DNA of 64,000 bases, from the NCBI GenBank assembly GCA_964247055.1, contig OZ176052.1:14198001-14262000 (forward strand), given 5' to 3'. The notes under the pieces were generated by a model. That model was not told the DNA's origin. It worked only from the letters and a program-made list of their open reading frames with translations, and did not search any database. This document shows positions 54,365 through 64,000 of this stretch, piece after piece; the first letter of the stretch is position 1; each line of letters starts with the position of its first letter. The DNA comes from Paragordius varius. Taxonomy: Eukaryota > Animalia > Nematomorpha. Both the position numbers and the translations under genes were made by a program.

Positions 54365-55750
54365 TCGTATAAAATAAATTTTTTAAATATTTAAAAAATA
54401 CAAAAAAATTACATTTATACTCCGATCTCGACAATATTTGGGGTGATGATGGAACTACCATAGGGCTACCCAAAAAAAATTATGGTGACATCACCTGATC
54501 AAATTTGGATTTTAGGTAGCCATTTTTATTTTTAAAATCGTATAAAATAAATTTTTTAAATATTTAAAAAATTCATAAAAATTACATTTATACTCCGATC
54601 TCGAAAATATTTGAGGTGATGATGGAACTACCATAGGGCTACCCAAAAAAAATTATGGTGACATCACCTGATCAAATTTGGATTTTAGGTAGCCATTTTT
54701 ATTTTTAAAATCGTATAAAATAAATTTTTTAAATATTTAAAAAATTCATAAAAGTTACATTTATAGTCCGATCCCCAAAATATTTGTGGTGATGATGGAA
54801 CTACCATAGGGCTACCCAAAAAAAATTATGGTGACATCACCTGATCAAATTTGGATTTTAGGTAGCCATTTTTATTTTTCAAATCGTATAAAATAAATTT
54901 TTTAAATATTTAAAAAATTCAAAAAAATTACATTTATACTCCGATCTCGACAATATTTGGGGTGATGATGGAATTACCATAGGGCTACCCAAAAAAAATT
55001 ATGGTGACATCACCTGATCAAATTTGATTTTAGGTAGCCATTTTTATTTTTAAAATCGTATAAAATAAATTTTTTAAATATTTAAAAAATACAAAAAAAT
55101 TACATTTATACTCCGATCTCGACAATATTTGGGGTGATGATGGAACTACCATAGGGCTACCCAAAAAAAATTATGGTGACATCACCTGATCAAATTTGGA
55201 TTTTAGGTAGCCATTTTTATTTTTAAAATCGTATAAAATAAATTTTTTAAATATTTAAAAAATTCATAAAAATTACATTTATACTCCGATCTCGAAAATA
55301 TTTGAGGTGATGATGGAACTACCATAGGGCTACCCAAAAAAAATTATGGTGACATCACCTGATCAAATTTGGATTTTAGGTAGCCATTTTTATTTTTAAA
55401 ATCGTATAAAATAAATTTTTTAAATATTTAAAAAATTCATAAAAGTTACATTTATAGTCCGATCCCCAAAATATTTGTGGTGATGATGGAACTACCATAG
55501 GGCTACCCAAAAAAAATTATGGTGACATCACCTGATCAAATTTGGATTTTAGGTAGCCATTTTTATTTTTCAAATCGTATAAAATAAATTTTTTAAATAT
55601 TTAAAAAATTCAAAAAAATTACATTTATACTCCGATCTCGACAATATTTGGGGTGATGATGGAATTACCATAGGGCTACCCAAAAAAAATTATGGTGACA
55701 TCACCTGATCAAATTTGGATTTTAGGTAGCCATTTTTATTTTTAAAATCG
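54365..55750. repeat. 4-monomer tandem duplication (period 691 bp)
   Basis: AAAAATACAAAA lies at 54400/55091; TTTGAGGTG, AAAGTT/GTGG and TTTTCAAATC each recur one period later. Confidence 0.88.
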
Positions 55751-58700
55751 TATAAAATAAATTTTTTAAATATTTAAAAAATTCATAAAAATTACATTTA
55801 TACTCCGATCTCGAAAATATTTGGGGTGATGATGGAACTACCATAGGGCTACCCAAAAAAAATTATGGTGACATCACCTGATCAAATTTGGATTTTAGGT
55901 AGCCATTTTTATTTTTTAAATCGTATAAAATAAATTTTTTAAATATTTAAAAAATTCATAAAAAGTACATTTATACTCCGATCTCGAAAATATTTGGGGT
56001 GATGATGGAACTACCATAGGGCTACCCAAAAAAAATTATAGTGACATCACCTGATCAAATTTGGATTTTAGGTAGCTATTTTTATCTTAAAATCGTATAA
56101 AATAAATTTTTTAAATATTTAAAAAATTCATAAAAATTACATTTATAGTCCGATCCCCAAAATATTTGGGGTGATGATGGAACTACCATAGGGCTACCCA
56201 AAAAAAATTATGGTGACATCACCTGATCAAATTTGGATTTTAGGTAGCCATTTTTATTTTTAAAATCGTATAAAATAAATTTTTTAAATATTTAAAAAAT
56301 TCAAAAAAATTACATTTATACTCCGATCTCGAAAATATTTGGGGTGATGATGGAACTACCATAGGGCTACCCAAAAAAATTATGGTGACATCACCTGATC
56401 AAATTTGGACTTTAGGTAGCCATTTTTATTTTTAAAATCGTATAAAATAAATTTTTTAAATATTTAAAAAATTCATAAAAATTACATTTATACTCCGATC
56501 TCGACAATATTTGGGGTGATGATGGAACTACCATAGGGCTACCCAAAAAAAATTATAGTGACATCACCTGATCAAATTTGGATTTTAGGTAGCCATTTTT
56601 ATTTTTAAAATCGTATAAAATAAATTTTTTAAATGTTTAAAAAATTCATAAAAATTACATTTATACTCCGATCTCGAAAATATTTGGGGTGATGATGGAA
56701 TTACCATAGGGCTACCCAAAAAAAATTATGGTGACATCACCTGATCAAATTTGGATTTTAGGTAGCCATTTTTATTTTTAATATCGTATAAAATAAATTT
56801 TTTAAATATTTAAAAAATTCATAAAAATTACATTTATACTCCGATCTCGACAATATTTGGGGTGAAGATGGAACTACCATAGGGCTACCCAAAAAAAATT
56901 ATAGTGACATCACCTGATCAAATTTGGATTTTAGGTAGCCATTTTTATTTTTAAAATCGTATAAAATAAATTTTTTAAATATTTAAAAAATTCATAAAAA
57001 TTACATTTATACTCCGATCTCGAAAATATTTGGGGTGATGATGGAACTACCATAGGGCTACCCAAAAAAAATTATGGCGACATCACCCTGATCAAATTTG
57101 GATTTTAGGTAGCCATTTTTATTTTTAAAATCGTATAAAATAAATTTTTTAAATATTTAAAAAATTCATAAAATTTACATTTATAGTCCGATCTCGACAA
57201 TATTTGGGGTGATGATGGAATTACCATAGGGCTACCCAAAAAAAATTATGGTGACATCACCTGATCAAATTTGTATTTTAGGTAGCCATTTTTATTTTTA
57301 AAATCGTATAAAATAAATTTTTTAAATATTTAAAAAATTCATAAAAATTACATTTATACTCCGATCTCGAAAATATTTGGGGTGATGATGGAACTACCAT
57401 AGGGCTACCCAAAAAAAATTATAGTGACATCACCTGATCAAATTTGGATTTTAGGTAGCCATTTTTATTTTTAAAATCGTATAAAATAAATTTTTTAAAT
57501 ATTTAAAAAATTCATAAAAATTACATTTATAGTACGATCCCCAAAATATTTGAGGTGATGATGGAACTACCATAGGGCTACCCAAAAAAAATTATGGTGA
57601 CATCACCTGATCAAATTTGGATTTTAGGTAGCCATTTTTATTTTTAAAATCGTATAAAATAAATTTTTTAAATATTTAAAAAATTCATAAAAATTACATT
57701 TATACTCCGATCTCGAAAATATTTGAGGTGATGATGGAACTACCATAGGGCTACGCAAAAAAAATTATGGTGACATCACCTGATCAAATTTGGATTTTAG
57801 GTAGCCATTTTTATTTTTCAAATCGTATAAAATAAATTTTTTAAATATTTAAAAAATTCAAAAAAATTACATTTATACTCCGATCTCGACAATATTTGGG
57901 GTGATGATGGAACTACCATAGGGCTACCCAAAAAAAATTATGGTGACATCACCTGATCAAATTTGGATTTTAGGTAGCCATTTTTATTTTTAAAATCGTA
58001 TAAAATAAATTTTAAAATATTTAAAAAATTCATAAAAATTACATTTATACTCCGATCTCGAAAATATTTGGGGTGATGATGGAACTACCATAGGGCTACC
58101 CAAAAAAAATTATGGTGACATCACCTGATCAAATTTGGATTTTAGGTAGCCATTTTTATTTTTAAAATCGTATAAAATAAATTTTAAAATATTTAAAAAA
58201 TTCATAAAAATTACATTTATACTCCGATCTCGAAAATATTTGGGGTGATGATGGAACTACCATAGGGCTACCCAAAAAAAATTATGGTGACATCACCTGA
58301 AAAATTTATACTTTAGGCAGCCATTTTTATTTTTCAAATCGTATAAAATAAATTTTTTAAATATTTAAAAAATTCAAAAAAATTTACATTTATAGTCCGA
58401 TCTCGACAATATTTGGGGTGATGATGGAATTACCATAGGGCTACCCAAAAAAAAATATGGTGACATCACCTGATCAAATTTGGATTTTAGGTAGCCATTT
58501 TTATTTTTAAAATCGTATAAAATAAATTTTTTAAATATTTAAAAAATTTATAAAAATTACATTTATACTCCGATCTCGAAAATATTTGGGGTGATGATGG
58601 AACTACCATAGGGCTACCCAAAAAAAATTATGGTGACATCACCTGATCAAATTTGGATTTTAGGTAGCCATTTTTATTTTTAAATCGTATAAAATAAATT

Positions 58701-61700
58701 TTTTAAATATTTAAAAAATTCATAAAAATTACATTTATACTCCGATCTCGAAAATATTTGGGGTGATGATGGAACTACCATAGGGCTACTCAAAAAAAAT
58801 TATAGTGACATCACCTGATCAAATTTGGATTTTAGGTAGCCATTTTTATTTTTAAAATCGTATAAAATAAATTTTTTATATTTAAAAAATTCATAAAAAT
58901 TACATTTATAGTCCGATCCCCAAAGTATTTGGGGTGATGATGGAACTACCATAGGGTTACCCAAAAAAAATTATGGCGACATCACCTGATCAAATTTGGA
59001 TTTTAGGTAGCCATTTTTATTTTTAAAATCGTATAAAATAAATTTTTTAAATATTTAAAAAATTCATAAAATTTACATTTATAGTCCGATCTCGACAATA
59101 TTTGGGGTGATGATGGAATTACCATAGGGCTACCCAAAAAAAAATATGGTGACATCACCTGATCAAATTTGGATTTTAGGTAGCCATTTTTATTTTTAAA
59201 ATCGTATAAAATAAATTTTTTAAATATTTAAAAAATTCATAAAAATTACATTTATACTCCGATCTCGATATTTGGGGTGATGATGGAACTACCATAGGGC
59301 TACGCAAAAAAAATTATGGTGACATCACCTGATCAAATTTGGACTTTAGGTAGCCATTTTTATTTTTAAAATCGTATAAAATAAATTTTTTAAATATTTA
59401 AAAAATTCATAAAAATTACATTTATAGTCCGATCCCCAAAGTATTTGGGGTGATGATGGAACTACCATAGGGCTACCCAAAAAAAATTATTGCGACATCA
59501 CCTGATCAAATTTGGATTTTAGGTAGCCATTTTTATTTTTAAAATCGTATAAAATAAATTTTTTAAATATTTAAAAAATTCATAAAATTTACATTTATAG
59601 TCCGATCTCGACAATATTTGGGGTGATGATGGAATTACCATAGGGCTACCCAAAAAAAAATATGGTGACATCACCTGATCAAATTTGGATTTTAGGTAGC
59701 CATTTTTATTTTTAAAATCGTATAAAATAAATTTTTTAAATATTTAAAAAATTTATAAAAATTACATTTATACTCCGATCTCGAAAATATTTGGGGTGAT
59801 GATGGAACTACCATAGGGCTACCCAAAAAAAATTATGGTGACATCACCTGATCAAATTTGGATTTTAGGTAGCCATTTTTATTTTTAAATCGTATAAAAT
59901 AAATTTTTTAAATATTTAAAAAATTCATAAAAATTACATTTATACTCCGATCTCGAAAATATTTGGGGTGATGATGGAACTACCATAGGGCTACTCAAAA
60001 AAAATTATAGTGACATCACCTGATCAAATTTGGATTTTAGGTAGCCATTTTTATTTTTAAAATCGTAAAAAATAAATTTTTTAAATATTTAAAAAATTCA
60101 TAAAAATTACATTTATAGTCTGATCCCCAAAGTATTTGGGGTGATGATGGAACTACCATAGGGTTACCCAAAAAAAATTATGGCGACATCACCTGATCAA
60201 ATTTGGATTTTAGGTAGCCATTTTTATTTTTAAATCGTATAAAATAAATTTTTTAAATATTTAAAAAATTCATAAAAATTACATTTATACTCCGATCTCG
60301 AAAATATTTGGGGTGATGATGGAACTACCATAGGGCTACTCAAAAAAAATTATAGTGACATCACCTGATCAAATTTGGATTTTAGGTAGCCATTTTTATT
60401 TTTAAAATCGTATAAAATAAATTTTTTAAATATTTAAAAAATTCATAAAAATTACATTTATTGTCCGATCCCCAAAGTATTTGGGGTGATGATGGAACTA
60501 CCATAGGGTTACCCAAAAAAAATTATGGCGACATCACCTGATCAAATTTGGATTTTAGGTAGCCATTTTTATTTTTAAAATCGTATAAAATAAATTTTTT
60601 AAATATTTAAAAAATTCATAAAATTTACATTTATAGTCCGATCTCGACAATATTTGGGGTGATGATGGAATTACCATAGGGCTACCCAAAAAAAAATATG
60701 GTGACATCACCTGATCAAATTTGGATTTTAGGTAGCCATTTTTATTTTTAAAATCGTATAAAATAAATTTTTTAAATATTTAAAAAATTCATAAAAATTA
60801 CATTTATACTCCGATCTCGAAAATATTGGGGGGGATGATGGAACTACCATAGGGCTACCCAAAAAAACTTATGGTGACATCACCTGATCAAATTTGGATT
60901 TTAGGTAGCCATTTTTATTTTTGAAATCGTATAAAATAAATTTTTTAAATATTTAAAAAATTCATAAAAGTTACATTTATATTCCGATCCCCAAAATATT
61001 TGTGGTGATGATGGAACTACCATAGGGCTACCCAAAAAAAATTATGGTGACATCACCTGATCAAATTTGGATTTTAGGTAGCCATTTTTATTTTTCAAAT
61101 CGTATAAAATAAATTTTTTAAATATTTAAAAAATTCAAAAAAATTACATTTATACTCCGATCTCGACAATATTTGGGGTGATGATGGAATTACCATAGGG
61201 CTACCCAAAAAAAATTATGGTGACATCACCTGATCAAATTTGGATTTTAGGTAGCCATTTTTATTTTTAAAATCGTATAAAATAAATTTTTTAAATATTT
61301 AAAAAATTCATAAAAATTACATTTATACTCCGATCTCGAAAATATTTGGGGTGATGATGGAACTACCATAGGGCTACCCAAAAAAAATTATGGTGACATC
61401 ACCTGATCAAATTTGGATTTTAGGTAGCCATTTTTATTTTTAAAATCGTATAAAATAAATTTTTTAAATATTTAAAAAATTCATAAAAATTACATTTATA
61501 CTCCGATCTCGAAAATATTTGGGGTGATGATGGAACTACCATAGGGCTACCCAAAAAAAATTATAGTGACATCACCTGATCAAATTTGGATTTTAGGTAG
61601 CCATTTTTATTTTTAAAATCGAATAAAATAAATTTTTTAAATATTTAAAAAATTCATAAAAATTACATTTATACTCCGATCTCGACAATATTTGGGGTGA

Positions 61701-64000
61701 AGATGGAACTACCATAGGGCTACCCAAAAAAATTATAGTGACATCACCTGATCAAATTTGGATTTTAGGTAGCCATTTTTATTTTTAAAATCGAATAAAA
61801 TAAATTTTTTAAATATTTAAAAAATTCATAAAAATTACATTTATAGTCCGATCCCCAAAATATTTGGGGTGATGATGGAACAACCATAGGGCTACGCAAA
61901 AAAAATTATGGCGACATCACCTGATCAAATTTGGATTTTAGGTAGCCATTTTTATTTTTAAAATCGTATAAAATAAATTTTTTAAATATTTAAAAAATTC
62001 AAAAAAATTACATTTATACTCCGATCTCGAAAATATTTGGGGTGATGATGGAACTACCATAGGGCTACCCAAAAAAAATTATGGTGACATCACCTGATCA
62101 AATTTGGATTTTAGGTAGCCATTTTTATTTTTAAAATCGTATAAAATAAATTTTTTAAATATTTAAAAAATTCATAAAAATTACATTTATACTCCGATCT
62201 CGAAAATATTTGGGGTGATGATGGAACTACCATAGGGCTACCCAAAAAAAATTATGGTGACATCACCTGATCAAATTTGGACTTTAGGTAGCCATTTTTA
62301 TTTTTAAAATCGTATAAAATAAATTTTTTAAATATTTAAAAAATTCATAAAAATTACATTTATACTCCGATCTCGAAAATATTTGGGGTGATGATGGAAC
62401 TAAGGGCTACGCAAAAAAAATTATGGTGACATCACCTGATCAAATTTGGATTTTAGGTAGCCATTTTTATTTTTAAAATCGTATAAAATAAATTTTTTAA
62501 ATATTTAAAAAATTCATAAAAATTACATTTATACTCCGATCTCGAAAATATTTGGGGTGATGATGGAACTAAGGGCTACGCAAAAAAAATTATGGTGACA
62601 TCACCTGATCAAATTTGGATTTTAGGTAGCCATTTTTATTTTTAAAATCGTATAAAATAAATTTTTTAAATATTTAAAAAATTCATAAAAATTACATTTA
62701 TACTCCGATCTCGACAATATTTGGGGTGATGATGGAACTACCATAGGGCTACCCAAAAAAATTATAGTGACATCACCTGATCAAATTTGGATTTTAGGTA
62801 GCCATTTTTATTTTTAAAATCGAATAAAATAAATTTTTTAAATATTTAAAAAATTCATAAAAATTACATTTATAGTCCGATCCCCAAAATATTTGGGGTG
62901 ATGATGGAACTACCATAGGGCTACCCAAAAAAAATTATGGTGACATCACCTGATCAAATTTGGATTTTAGGTAGCCATTTTTATCTTAAAATCGTATAAA
63001 ATAAATTTTTTAAATATTTAAAAAATTCATAAAAATTACATTTATAGTCCGATCCCCAAAATATTTGGGGTGATGATGGAACTACCATAGGGCTACCCAA
63101 AAAAAATTATAGTGACATCACCTGATCCAATTTGGATTTTAGGTAGCCATTTTTATTTTTAAAATCGTATAAAATAAATTTTTTAAATATTTAAAAAATT
63201 CATAAAAATTACATTTATACTCCGATCTCGAAAATATTTGGGGTGATGATGGAACTAAGGGCTACGCAAAAAAAAATATGGTGACATCACCTGATCGAAT
63301 TTGGATTTTAGGTAGCCATTTTTATTTTTAAAATCGTATAAAATAAATTTTTTAAATATTTAAAAAATTCATAAAAATTACATTTATACTCCGATCTCGA
63401 CAATATTTGGGGTGATGATGGAACTACCATAGGGCTACCCAAAAAAATTATAGTGACATCACCTGATCAAATTTGGATTTTAGGTAGCCATTTTTATTTT
63501 TAAAATCGAATAAAATAAATTTTTTAAATATTTAAAAAATTCATAAAAATTACATTTATAGTCCGATCCCCAAAATATTTGGGGTGATGATGGAACTACC
63601 ATAGGGCTACCCAAAAAAAATTATGGTGACATCACCTGATCAAATTTGGATTTTAGGTAGCCATTTTTATCTTAAAATCGTATAAAATAAATTTTTTAAA
63701 TATTTAAAAAATTCATAAAAATTACATTTATAGTCCGATCCCGAAAATATTTGGGGTGATGATGGAACTACCATAGGGCTACCCAAAAAAAATTATAGTG
63801 ACATCACCTGATCCAATTTGGATTTTAGGTAGCTATTTTTATTTTTAAAATCGTATAAAATAAATTTTTTAAATATTTAAAAAATTCATAAAAATTACAT
63901 TTATACTCCGATCTCGACAATATTTGGGGTGATGATGGAACTACCATAGGGCTACCCAAAAAAAATTATAGTGACATCACCTGATCAAATTTGGATTTTA

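Larger units (their letters stand above)
1..64000. repeat. Tandem satellite DNA array, 173-bp AT-rich monomer, about 370 head-to-tail copies
   Basis: The anchor TCGTATAAAATAAAT recurs at 1, 173, 346, 519, 688 and so on to 63851; the last copy is truncated by the window edge. The modal spacing is 173 bp. Monomers differ at a few recurrent sites. The consensus has 45 G+C in 173 bp. I saw no foreign sequence or inversion. Confidence 0.99.

Noticed and set aside
1-64000. CRISPR array
   Set aside because: There are no unique spacers; the whole 173 bp repeats. No cas genes or leader are present.
1-64000. Promoter-like TATA/-10 boxes and AATAAA polyadenylation signals
   Set aside because: These are expected by chance in 74% AT DNA, and there is no gene context.
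1-64000. Hidden insertion, inversion or novel gene system
   Set aside because: Reading through the window, every segment aligned to the monomer in the same orientation. The largest departures were deletions of 22 bp or less.

Overview
The whole 64 kb window is one uninterrupted head-to-tail tandem array of an AT-rich 173-bp satellite monomer (about 370 copies, about 26% GC, one orientation, running off both ends). Consensus by eye: TCGTATAAAATAAATTTTTTAAATATTTAAAAAATTCATAAAAATTACATTTATACTCCGATCTCGAAAATATTTGGGGTGATGATGGAACTACCATAGGGCTACCCAAAAAAAATTATGGTGACATCACCTGATCAAATTTGGATTTTAGGTAGCCATTTTTATTTTTAAAA. I see no genes, RNA genes, transposon insertions, CRISPR spacers or unique DNA, and no new gene system. 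The array looks like eukaryotic heterochromatic or (peri)centromeric satellite DNA, but I cannot name the species or family. The interest is in its internal structure. (i) The monomer has an approximately 94% AT half with a perfect 24-bp palindrome and a GC-richer half with a nested foldback. (ii) Diagnostic variants show layered higher-order repeats: a decayed ancestral 10-mer order, 3-, 4-, 8- and 19-mer local units, a 20-mer tandem duplication nested in a 74-monomer (12,790 bp) tandem duplication, and three subfamily domains. (iii) There are signs of unequal crossover, short-tract conversion, palindrome-associated deletions and recurrent GG>TA doublet substitutions. All positions and counts were read by eye and may be off by a few bases.
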